From NCBI RefSeq assembly GCF_000189555.1, contig NC_017276.1: a stretch of DNA of 64,000 nucleotides. One strand, 5' to 3'. The position numbers and the translations under genes are program-made. The stretch comes from Saccharolobus islandicus REY15A. Lineage in GTDB: Archaea; Thermoproteota; Thermoprotei_A; Sulfolobales; Sulfolobaceae. The notes beneath the pieces are model-generated. The model did no database searches and was not told where the DNA came from. It worked only from the letters and a program-made list of their open reading frames with translations. Positions 39,711 through 50,192 of the stretch are shown here, piece by piece (the stretch's first letter is position 1; each line of letters begins with the position of its first letter).

Positions 39711-42614
39711 ATGAGAAGCGTTAACGAGCTTGAAGCGAGACTGATCTTAATACTCGGTAACTCCTTTAGAAATTTAAGGCAATTAAGATGGAATCTTGAA
39801 AATCACAATAAGGCTTACCTAGAGGTTGAGGGTAAGGGAAATTCATATTTGGTAATCGTTGACCACAAGGGAAGTGGACTTATTAGACTAAATGGAAAAC
39901 CGTATTTCGAGTTAGATAGATATCACACGTTAATACCTATTCCCTTTGGTAGTCATAAGATTAGCTTAGAACTTTCAAACTACATGGACTTTGGTGAAAA
40001 AGTCGACATTTCACCTGGAATTCCGTTTTATACTGAGATAGACTCTAACGCCTATAGGCTTTACATATACGGATCTCAGATTCTAGACCTGATAAGAAGT
40101 ATAAATGACAATGAAGTTAAGGACGATTTGAGTAATTCCTTAAGTAAGGCTTTGCGTGAGGCATATTTTGAGTCAATCTCAAAAGAGCAACTATTCGTTC
40201 TATCAAAGCTGATAAGAACGACATTGGATGTAAGTAGAATGATTCAAGAGATTGAGGATCCCCTTGACATATACAAGGAAGATGAGAATAGGGGTAAATA
40301 CGAAAGGGCTTTGAACGTTTTGAAGAGTGAATTATCGAGATTAGTTGACAAGTACGGCAAAAGAGGGGAATTAGTGGGTACTGGTCATGCCCATATCGAC
40401 ACTGCATGGCTGTGGCCATTTGATGAGACTAGAAGGAAAGTTTTAAGAACGTTTTCAACTATTTTAACACTCTTAGATAAGTACGACTTTCACTTCATTC
40501 AAAGCGCTGCAATATATTATGAGTGGATAAAGGCAGATTCTCCAGAACTATTTGAAAGGATAAAGGAAAAGGTTAAGGAAGGGAAGTGGGAGTTAGCAGC
40601 ACTATACGTTGAATCGGATGCAAATATGGTCTCAGGCGAATCGTTGGCTAGGCAGTTCTTGTACTCTCAGAGGTTCTATCTAGAGAACTTCGGAAGGATT
40701 GCCAATACTTTATGGTTGCCAGATACCTTTGGATTTTCAGCATCATTGCCTCAGATAGCCAAATTGGGTGGAGTAAAGGCTTTCGCAACTCATAAAGTCT
40801 TTTGGAACGATACCAACGCATTTCCATTCAATGTTTTCCAATGGGTAGGACCAAATGGTGATCGATTACTTGCAGTTACCTTTGGTCACGGAAAGGGAGG
40901 ATATAATTCGGACTTTTCAGCTTCAAGCGTATTAGAACAGTATAATAACTGGGCTCAAAAGGATCAACCAATCCTATATTCTTATGGATACGGTGATGGC
41001 GGAGGAGGACCAAACGAGGATATGTTAATTAGAGCCGAGGCAATTAACCTTTTACCTATATTACCTAAGGTTGAATTAAGTGGTGTAAATGATTATATAC
41101 AAAGGATAGTTCCAGTGGAAGAATGGAGAGGGGAATTATATTTAGAAACCCACAGGGGTGTATTAACATCACATTCAAAAATGAAATTGCTTAATAGGAT
41201 GGCAGAAATCGCGTTAAGGGAAGCTGAGCTATGGAGCACTTTGGCTAGGACTTATGATAAAGAAGTATTTATCAAATTATGGAAGGTAGTATTAAAGGAT
41301 CAATTTCATGACGTTTTGCCGGGATCAGCTATAAAAGACGTTTACAAGGTAGCTTATCAAGAACTAGAAGATGTGATAAATAGGGCTAATAATATTGCAT
41401 ATGAGGCAATGCAGAAGCTAGTTGGCGGTAATGGCGATAAGACATTTGTGTTTAATTCACTATCATGGGATAGGGAGGAGTTCGTGGAGGTTAATGGCAA
41501 ATTAGTTAAGGTTAAGGTTCCATCAGTAGGCTTCTCGTTGTTGGAACCTCTTGAAGTTAGGGATAAAGTCACAGTTAGTGAAAACAAAGATGAGTATCTT
41601 ATTGAGAACAAATACTATAGGATAAGGGTAAGTAAAATTGGACAGCTTCTGTCAATATTCGATAAGGAAGCTAATAGGGAGGTTTTAAAGGATAGGGGTA
41701 ACCTACTAGTCGCGTATGAGAATATCCCAGGATGGGCAGATGCGTGGGATATTGAGAAGGGATTTGAGGAGACTCATTTTGAAATTAAGGTCTCTTCATC
41801 AGAGATAGTCAATAATGATGGTATTGTAGCTTCAATTAAATTTTCCTATAAATTTAGGAGATCAGAAATTATTCAAATCATCCGTGTTTACGCTGATAGT
41901 AGAAGGATTGACTTCATAACTACATTGAAGATGAAGGATAGGGAAGTATTAATAAAGAGTTGGTTTAAATTTGACCTAAACGTGGAGAGGGCAGTTTCCG
42001 ATATTCCCTTTGGAGTTGTTGAGAGGTTCACTTGGACTAATACTAGCTGGGATAAGGCTAGGTTTGAAGTTCCAATCCAAAAATTTGTTGACTTCTCTGA
42101 GAGCGATTATGGCGTTGCATTGCTTAATAACGGAAAGTATGGGGCAACGTTGAGAGGTTCTTCAGTAGGTTTGAGTTTGACTAAAACTCCAATATATCCA
42201 GATCCCTCTACTGATCTAGAGGAAATCACTTTCGTTTATTCGTTATATCCCCACGTTGGTGATTGGAAGAGGGCTGAGGTGGTTAAGAGGGCTTATGAGC
42301 TAAACGTACCATTGAGAGTAGTTGGGGGAATTAGTGAGGTTAAAAGTGAGAGCTTCATTAGGGTTAGCGATAAGTTGATTTTAGAGGCTGTGAAAGTTGC
42401 TGAGGACGATAGTAATAGCATTATATTAAGGCTTTACGAATACGAGAATACCAGAGGAGAAGCTGTTGTTGAACTACCTTTTAATGTGATTGAAGCTAGG
42501 AGTCTTGACTTGCTAGAGCTGAATGAGATTTCGAGGGACATTAGAACAGATGGTAATAGGATTAAGGTAAAATATAAGAATAGGGATATCCTCACAATAA
42601 GTGTGAGGGGTTAA
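39711..42614 (+). CDS. GH38 alpha-mannosidase
   Basis: GHAHIDTAWLWP, WLPDTFG nucleophile, YGYGDGGGGP, ELYLETHRG, QFHDVLPGS. ATG at 39711 preferred because 39633 overlaps the divergent gene. Confidence 0.93.
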   Translation: MRSVNELEARLILILGNSFRNLRQLRWNLENHNKAYLEVEGKGNSYLVIVDHKGSGLIRLNGKPYFELDRYHTLIPIPFGSHKISLELSNYMDFGEKVDISPGIPFYTEIDSNAYRLYIYGSQILDLIRSINDNEVKDDLSNSLSKALREAYFESISKEQLFVLSKLIRTTLDVSRMIQEIEDPLDIYKEDENRGKYERALNVLKSELSRLVDKYGKRGELVGTGHAHIDTAWLWPFDETRRKVLRTFSTILTLLDKYDFHFIQSAAIYYEWIKADSPELFERIKEKVKEGKWELAALYVESDANMVSGESLARQFLYSQRFYLENFGRIANTLWLPDTFGFSASLPQIAKLGGVKAFATHKVFWNDTNAFPFNVFQWVGPNGDRLLAVTFGHGKGGYNSDFSASSVLEQYNNWAQKDQPILYSYGYGDGGGGPNEDMLIRAEAINLLPILPKVELSGVNDYIQRIVPVEEWRGELYLETHRGVLTSHSKMKLLNRMAEIALREAELWSTLARTYDKEVFIKLWKVVLKDQFHDVLPGSAIKDVYKVAYQELEDVINRANNIAYEAMQKLVGGNGDKTFVFNSLSWDREEFVEVNGKLVKVKVPSVGFSLLEPLEVRDKVTVSENKDEYLIENKYYRIRVSKIGQLLSIFDKEANREVLKDRGNLLVAYENIPGWADAWDIEKGFEETHFEIKVSSSEIVNNDGIVASIKFSYKFRRSEIIQIIRVYADSRRIDFITTLKMKDREVLIKSWFKFDLNVERAVSDIPFGVVERFTWTNTSWDKARFEVPIQKFVDFSESDYGVALLNNGKYGATLRGSSVGLSLTKTPIYPDPSTDLEEITFVYSLYPHVGDWKRAEVVKRAYELNVPLRVVGGISEVKSESFIRVSDKLILEAVKVAEDDSNSIILRLYEYENTRGEAVVELPFNVIEARSLDLLELNEISRDIRTDGNRIKVKYKNRDILTISVRG

Positions 42615-43514
42615 ATGAAAAAAGTAAGTATAGTTACTGGAGGGGCTAAGGGAATAGGTGCAGCAATAGGCTATAGGTTGGGTAAGCAAGGGTATGCAGT
42701 AGTTATTGCTGACATAGACGAAAACGCTGGCAAGTATAGGGAGAACCATTTTAGGAGTGAGGGAATAGATTCCTTTTTCATTAAGACTGATGTTTCGTCG
42801 GAGATGGACGTCTCAAATATGGTTGAAAGGGTCTATGATAGATATGGGAGGATTGATGTCCTTGTTAATAACGCTGGTATAGGATTTAGTGGAAAGAGTA
42901 TAGAAGAACAAACTTTGCATGAATGGAGGAGAGTGATTGAGACAAATTTGACCGGAGTCTGGCTTTGTTCCAAGTACGTAGTGAAGTATATGAAGAATAC
43001 TGGTGGGGTTATCGTAAACGTAGCATCAACTAGGGCTTTCCAATCGGAACCGAACACTGAGCCTTATTCAGCCTCTAAGGGTGGTATAATTGCATTAACC
43101 CACTCCTTGGCTGTTAGTCTAAGTAAGTACAATATAAGGGTGGTTTCCATAAGTCCAGGGTGGATTGATACTAGTAGTTGGCAAGTCCCTCCTAGAAAGT
43201 CATATCTATCTAGTTTGGATCATGGACAACATCTGACTAAAAGAGTTGGAAAGCCTGAAGATGTAGCCTCATTAGTTGCATTTTTAGTGTCTGACGATGC
43301 TTCATGGATTAGCGGTATGAACTTCACAATAGATGGAGGGATGACAGTTAAAATGATATATATTGATGAGAACGTTATTCAAGACTCCTTAACTATGCTA
43401 TTTAATGACGTAGAGTTCTCATATCAGATTAGAAAATTAATTGAAAAAATTAGAAAAGCAGATAATAAGGAAAATATAAAAAGTAAATTAGATGAGTTCT
43501 TAAAGCTATTGTGA
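42615..43514 (+). CDS. Short-chain dehydrogenase/reductase
   Basis: TGGAKGIG, NNAG, YSASKGG, PGWIDT, DGG; about 50 aa extra C-terminal tail. Confidence 0.9.
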   Translation: MKKVSIVTGGAKGIGAAIGYRLGKQGYAVVIADIDENAGKYRENHFRSEGIDSFFIKTDVSSEMDVSNMVERVYDRYGRIDVLVNNAGIGFSGKSIEEQTLHEWRRVIETNLTGVWLCSKYVVKYMKNTGGVIVNVASTRAFQSEPNTEPYSASKGGIIALTHSLAVSLSKYNIRVVSISPGWIDTSSWQVPPRKSYLSSLDHGQHLTKRVGKPEDVASLVAFLVSDDASWISGMNFTIDGGMTVKMIYIDENVIQDSLTMLFNDVEFSYQIRKLIEKIRKADNKENIKSKLDEFLKLL

Positions 43515-43745
43515 ACTATGTTTACCATACAATGAGGCTAAATACCTTAGAGCTAAATAAATCCTCTTGACCGTTAAAAATACTTCATACGTGATAGGTT
43601 CTCTAATCCTCTCTATTTCTAATGAATGCAATTCCGAATTAATAAGAAGGTCCTTATCTATCTGGGAAAAAGGTAATGATTTTGAGGTGTACTGTCTTAG
43701 AAATTTACGTAGGTTTAAAAATTTTTAAGTTATATTGAGTGTGTC

Positions 43746-44546
43746 GATAGTGTCGTCGTTAAGCTATTTATATTTGTATAACGAGTATTACTTATGGGTA
43801 GGAAGGCTTTAGTTAGGCAAGACGTTTCTTGCCCCTCTTGTGGTTCTCATCATGTTGTTAAGTGTGGTAGGCCTTTGGGTAGGTAGAGGTATTTGTGTAG
43901 GGATTGCGGTAGATACTTCTTGGGTGATGCTACTTACCATCATCATTCCAAGAAGTTGAGGGAGGAGGCTTTGAGGTTGTATGCTAATGGTATGAGTATG
44001 AGAGCCATTTCTAGGGTTTTGAATGTCCCCTTGGGTACTGTGTTCACTTGGATTAAGCGGTATGGTGGGCAGAAGTACGAGAAGCTTGTGGGGTAAGGCT
44101 AAGGAGCTGGTCAAGGGTGGTGTTGTTGCTAAGGTTGTTGATGAGATGTGGACTTACTTGTACAAGAATACTAGGGCTTTTTACAAGTGGGCGTTCTATA
44201 TAGGTTTTCACTTGCTACGTTTACACGAAGCTGGGAGTTTACCTCATTTACTCTGTGGGGGATAGGGATGAAAGTACTTTCCTTGAGGTCAAAAAGTATT
44301 TGCTTGACGAGGGTAGATGGGTGAGCGATGATTATAACTTGTACTTCTGGTTGAAAGACCTCACGGTTGTCTCGCCAGTTAACCCGAACGAGTCCTTTCA
44401 TTCCTCATTAAGGGATAGGCTAATTAGATTCAAGAGAGCAACGAAGGCAGTAAATAGGAGCATTCGCACCATGATGTACTCCATAGCCCTAGTCTTATGG
44501 GAGAGAAGGTTAATCCCAGAATTTGTAGCTTAATGACGACACTATG
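43746..44546 (+). mobile_element. IS1-family element (ISC796-like), inactivated, inserted in an IS6 TIR
   Basis: TIRs GATAGTGTCGTCGTTAAGCTA / TAGCTTAATGACGACACTATG; 8-bp TSD AGTGTGTC (43738-43745, 44547-44554); nonsense TAG in the Zn ribbon, a frameshift and a 13-nt insertion. Confidence 0.9.
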
Positions 44547-45312
44547 AGTGTGTCCAACAATTTTTGTTTTTTGTATAAAACATTTGTAGGGCGGTGAGGT
44601 TGTATTATTGAGGAACCATGATTAGCAAAACCAAATTAAGGCACCTCACCGCCCTAATGTTAAGTTCTGTTTTTTCAGCTTTAAACCTTTCTCCACGTTT
44701 TCACACTATTGATGAGGTTGCTAAAGCATTATCAGCCTACTACTTGGGTCTTTCTTTGAGGAGGGTTGAAGCCTTGTTTCACGTCCCTAGAAATACTGTC
44801 CAGTATTATTGGAGGAAGTTAGCTAATTACTCTTCTCCCCCCCCCCCCGTGTAGCAGTTGACGAGACTAGGATTAGAGTAGTGAATGGTTTGCTTTACTG
44901 GTTGTGGGTTGTGAGGAATTTGTAGCTTAATGACGACACTATGAGTGTGTCCAACAATTTTTGTTTTTTGTATAAAACATTTGTAGGGCGGTGAGGTTGT
45001 ATTATTGAGGAACCATGATTAGCAAGACCAAATTAAGGCACCCCACCGCCCTAATGTTAAGTTCTGTTTTTTCAGCTTTAAACCTTTCTCCACGTTTTCA
45101 CACTATTGATGAGGTTGCTAAAGCATTATCAGCCTACTACTTGGGTCTTTCTTTGAGGAGGGTTGAAGCCTTGTTTCACGTCCCTAGAAATACTGTCCAG
45201 TATTATTGGAGGAAGTTAGCTAATTACTCTTCTCCCCCCCCCCCCCCCCGTGTAGCAGTTGACGAGACTAGGATTAGAGTAGTGAATGGTTTACTTTACT
45301 GGTTGTGGGTTG
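44519..45312 (+). repeat. 397-bp tandem duplication (IS1 right end plus IS6 left part)
   Basis: 44519-44915 is repeated from 44916; the ORF starts at 44618 and 45015 differ by 397; the copies differ by a few SNPs and C-tract length (12 vs 16). Confidence 0.9.
44618..44915 (+). pseudogene. Partial IS6-family transposase copy
   Basis: Same N-terminus as 45015..45656; the C12 tract shifts the frame to a TAG; truncated at the duplication junction. Confidence 0.85.
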
Positions 45313-45673
45313 TGAGGGATTTGAACACGGGAAAAGTGGTTGCAGTTAGGCTTTCAGAAACTAGGAGCGGGTTAGATGTTATACTCTTACTGGAGGGTGG
45401 TGGAATAAGGGTGGAAGAGGTTAGGGAGATACTTCACGACGGCGGACCTTGGTATAATATACTTTCAACACTCGGCGTTAACCATGAACACGAGACTTTT
45501 GGCAAGAGAAACCTAGTTGAACAAGTGTTCAGGAGTTTAAAGTTAAGGCTTGCAAGTATGGACAAACACTTCCCACACAATGCCAGTAAGGTTACAATAC
45601 TGAGGTGGGTTAAGGCGTTCTTCACCTTATACAACCTCTTACAACAAGGTGAATGAAATTGTTGGACACACTC
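44943..45673 (+). mobile_element. IS6-family element (ISC774-like), complete copy
   Basis: Perfect 18-bp TIR GAGTGTGTCCAACAATTT; the whole composite 43737-45673 is flanked by the 8-bp TSD GTTATATT (43729-43736, 45674-45681). Confidence 0.88.
45015..45656 (+). CDS. IS6-family DDE transposase
   Basis: VAVDET, LHDGG, NLVEQ DDE motifs; HTH N-terminus. Confidence 0.87.
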   Translation: MISKTKLRHPTALMLSSVFSALNLSPRFHTIDEVAKALSAYYLGLSLRRVEALFHVPRNTVQYYWRKLANYSSPPPPPRVAVDETRIRVVNGLLYWLWVVRDLNTGKVVAVRLSETRSGLDVILLLEGGGIRVEEVREILHDGGPWYNILSTLGVNHEHETFGKRNLVEQVFRSLKLRLASMDKHFPHNASKVTILRWVKAFFTLYNLLQQGE

Positions 45674-45717
45674 GTTATATTGGGCATAAAGTTTATATCT
45701 TTCCCACCTTAACATAG

Positions 45718-46824
<1,107 letters not shown>

Positions 46825-47067
46825 TACAATAAAAGTCTAAGTTTTTTATATCAGAACTTTTGAGTGTAGATAGGTTCCACTTATGGTATATCTAATATGA
46901 CAGTACTTGAATTAGATTTTAAGATTTTATGGTGTTTTTGGTTCGATATAAATTCAGTATTTATATTCAAGCAAGATATAACATAAGGGAGAGTTATAGT
47001 GAGCATAAATGAAAAATTAGTGAAAATCTTTTATATTGATGGGTTAATAGTTTATACTCGGACTTAT

Positions 47068-48438
47068 ATGAGACTTGACATTACATTTTATCTTTTAGTC
47101 TCTACCTTGATATCTATTCTTACTATTCTGTACATTTCCTTTACCTTACCTCTAGCATTTACGTATAGGCCTAAGTCATCTCAAGCCAGTATAAAAAGAA
47201 GTGAAATTACCGTATTGATCCCCGTTTATAAGGAAGACGTGGATGTGTTTAAAGAAGTTATAGATTCTGTTAAAAAGCAAGATTTGAAATTTATTGTTGT
47301 AGGGGATGGCTGTGATGAACCATATAAAAGTATAGTAAGGACAAAGGGAGGTTTGTTCATTAAGCTAGATAAGAATATGGGTAAGAGGAGGGCAATAAGA
47401 GAAGGATTCAAATACGTTAAAACCCCATATGTTTTACTTTTAGATAGTGATACAATACTTCCAGATGATTCAGTTGATCTCTTATCCTCTAAATTAATAG
47501 GGGATATAGTTGCTGTTAGCCCAGAGATTTCGGTATTGTCAGGTAAAAATATAATAGCTTATCATGTCTCCGAGATGATGCAAAGGTTGAGGGAAATAAG
47601 TTATAGGGCGTTAGGTAGATTCGGCAGTATAGTATCACTCAACGGTCAATGTATACTAGTAAGAACTGACGTAATAAGGCCGCTGATCGAATCTGAGGAA
47701 TTTAATAGTGTTAAATTATGGAGATTCTCCACAATTTTAGGGGATGACAAGCAGATAACCAATTATATCTATTCAAATGGATATAAGGCAACTGTAACTA
47801 AGGATGTAGTAGTCAAGACTAAAGCTCCAGATACGATTAGCGGTTTACTAAAGCAAATGGTTAGATGGTATAGATCAAATAATTTCTTCTTGATTAAGGA
47901 AATAGGTGATGGTACTATCTTTAAAAAGGGTTTCTTTTACATGTTTACAGTATTATACTGGTACGCATTACCTTTACTTACGTTACTAAGTTATAGCCTA
48001 TATACTGAAATAATTTTATCACATGTAGCTAAGCACTGGGATTTCATTGTAAGAGCAATAATCACAAACCCTACTAAGTTCATAGAGAATGTAATAGTAT
48101 ACAGAATTGATAATTTGTTTGATATAGATCCCACGCCAATTTTCCATAAATTTAGCCATTTTCTTCCGCATCACTTCAATCCAGGTGGGATTATGTTGAT
48201 TTATGGCAATAAACTGAGTACAGAAATGGTTCTATTTCACTACTTCTATGTTTTTCACACATTTGTGGGTGAAGTGTCAACAATAGTTAGCATTGTAATG
48301 ATTGTGTCTATTCTGCTATACACAAGAAGAATAAGGGGATTTGCTTTAGGTTTATTGGCATTTCCATTAATGTTCTTCGCTGATATATTTGCTCTCATGA
48401 CAATATGGAGGCAAAAGAAGTGGTCTGGTCGTAGCTGA
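47068..48438 (+). CDS. Processive GT2 glycosyltransferase (hyaluronan/chitin-synthase-like)
   Basis: PVYKED, DG, LLDSD, GDD, QMVRW (QxxRW) and several TM helices. Start could also be GTG at 46999. Confidence 0.85.
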   Translation: MRLDITFYLLVSTLISILTILYISFTLPLAFTYRPKSSQASIKRSEITVLIPVYKEDVDVFKEVIDSVKKQDLKFIVVGDGCDEPYKSIVRTKGGLFIKLDKNMGKRRAIREGFKYVKTPYVLLLDSDTILPDDSVDLLSSKLIGDIVAVSPEISVLSGKNIIAYHVSEMMQRLREISYRALGRFGSIVSLNGQCILVRTDVIRPLIESEEFNSVKLWRFSTILGDDKQITNYIYSNGYKATVTKDVVVKTKAPDTISGLLKQMVRWYRSNNFFLIKEIGDGTIFKKGFFYMFTVLYWYALPLLTLLSYSLYTEIILSHVAKHWDFIVRAIITNPTKFIENVIVYRIDNLFDIDPTPIFHKFSHFLPHHFNPGGIMLIYGNKLSTEMVLFHYFYVFHTFVGEVSTIVSIVMIVSILLYTRRIRGFALGLLAFPLMFFADIFALMTIWRQKKWSGRS

Positions 48439-48539
48439 GATTTTAACTCAACACTATTTTTATTCTACTGTTCAGATCCTTAGATAAAACACAAACTTTA
48501 TACTTTTCTAAACATAGTAGAGTCGGAGTGAAAGAAAAC

Positions 48540-50147
48540 ATGGCCTATTTATTAAGAGAAGGAACACAAAGATCTACTGGAAACGAGGTAATACTAAACA
48601 ACATTACTGTAGCCAAAATATTACTGGAAATGCTAAAGTCAAGCCTAGGTCCTAAGGGTTTAGACAAAATGTTGGTGGAAGGACAAGACGTTACAATAAC
48701 CAATGACGGTGCAACAATAGTCAAAAACATGGAAGTGCAGCACCCTACTGCAAAATTACTTATTGAAACCGCTAAAACTGTTGATACCGAGGTAGGAGAT
48801 GGGACAACTTCAGTAGTTGTTCTTGCCGGGTTACTATTAGAAAAAGCTGAGGATTTACTGAATCAGAAGATCCATCCAACTGTCATAATAGAAGGTTATA
48901 GGAAGGCTCTAAATTCGTCATTAGACTTGCTAAAAAGTATTGCAGATAAGATCAGTCCAGAGGATAGGAAGATAATTCATGATCTAGTATATACTACTCT
49001 ATCAAGTAAGTTCTTCTCGACGGAACACACTCTAGAGAAGATAATAAATCTAGTTATTGAAGCTTCATTGGCGGTATTGGATAAAAGAGATGGAACCTAT
49101 GATCTGGATATTAAGAATATAAAGATTGTAAAAGTTAATGGTGGGGAATTTGACGATAGTGAGCTTGTAAATGGAATCGTTGTAGATAAGGAACCAACTA
49201 ATGAGAATATGCCGAGAAGATTGGAAAACGTTAAGGTAATGTTAGCTGACTTTCCATTAAAACTTGAAAAAACAGAAATTAGTATGAAGCTGGGAATAAG
49301 TGACCCCACTCAGATAAAGGGATACTTGGATGAACAAACGGCATATGTTAAGCAAATGGTGGATAAGATAAAGGCTATGGGCGTTAAATTGTTTATTACA
49401 CAGAAGGACATTGATGAAGTCGCTTCATATTTAATGGGAAAAAGTGGGATAATAGCGTTAAAGAACGTAAAGAGGAGCGACATAGAGTTACTGAGTAGAG
49501 CTACTGGTGCGAAAATTGCAAGTAGCATGAAAGACGCTAATGAGAGTGATTTAGGAGAAGCTAAATTAGTGGAGGTTAGAAATTTAGGAAAGAACAAATA
49601 CCTCTTCATTCAATCTGATAAAGCTAAAGCGGTGACTGTAATCATAAAGGGCTCGAATAACATGGTAACTGATGAAGCAGAAAGGAGTTTAAATGACGCC
49701 TTTAACTCCATAAGAAACTTGTTACTAGAACCCTATATTGTGGCTGGCGGCGGTGCTGTAGAGGAGGAGTTGGCTAAGAGGTTAAGGGAGAACGCTGGAA
49801 AGGTTCCCGGAAAAGAGCAATTGGCATTTAATGCATTTGCAGATGCTTTGGAGGAGTATGTTTCAATACTATCAGAAACTGCTGGCATGGATCCCATAAG
49901 TGCGTTAACCGAAATAAGGCATAAACATACAAACGGATTAAAGAATGCTGGGATTGACATAGTTAAGGCCAGAATTTACGATAACATGTTCGAGCTTAAA
50001 GTAATTGATTCCCTAAAGGTTAAGGAGCAAGTTTTAAAGAGCGCCACGGAAGCTGCTACTGCGATTTTAAAGATCGATGATATGATAGCTGCAGCACCTG
50101 CAAAGCAACAACCCCAACCACAACAACCAAATCCATACTTAGGTTAA
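48540..50147 (+). CDS. thsC: Thermosome (group II chaperonin) gamma subunit
   Basis: GPKGLDKM, GDGTT, AGGGA; MAYLLREG start and PQ-rich tail PQPQQPNPYLG characteristic of the gamma subunit. Confidence 0.92.
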   Translation: MAYLLREGTQRSTGNEVILNNITVAKILLEMLKSSLGPKGLDKMLVEGQDVTITNDGATIVKNMEVQHPTAKLLIETAKTVDTEVGDGTTSVVVLAGLLLEKAEDLLNQKIHPTVIIEGYRKALNSSLDLLKSIADKISPEDRKIIHDLVYTTLSSKFFSTEHTLEKIINLVIEASLAVLDKRDGTYDLDIKNIKIVKVNGGEFDDSELVNGIVVDKEPTNENMPRRLENVKVMLADFPLKLEKTEISMKLGISDPTQIKGYLDEQTAYVKQMVDKIKAMGVKLFITQKDIDEVASYLMGKSGIIALKNVKRSDIELLSRATGAKIASSMKDANESDLGEAKLVEVRNLGKNKYLFIQSDKAKAVTVIIKGSNNMVTDEAERSLNDAFNSIRNLLLEPYIVAGGGAVEEELAKRLRENAGKVPGKEQLAFNAFADALEEYVSILSETAGMDPISALTEIRHKHTNGLKNAGIDIVKARIYDNMFELKVIDSLKVKEQVLKSATEAATAILKIDDMIAAAPAKQQPQPQQPNPYLG

Positions 50148-50192
50148 AAGGTTAAGATATGATTATTTTATTTAGGTTTTCTTTATTACTTT

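Noticed and set aside
43506-43724. Start-less 72-codon minus-strand frame next to the IS composite
   Set aside because: An in-frame TAA lies immediately upstream, before the TSD, so the IS did not decapitate it; there is no start codon and no recognisable family.
50100-50147. PQ-rich repeat at the thermosome C-terminus
   Set aside because: Known feature of the Sulfolobales gamma subunit.
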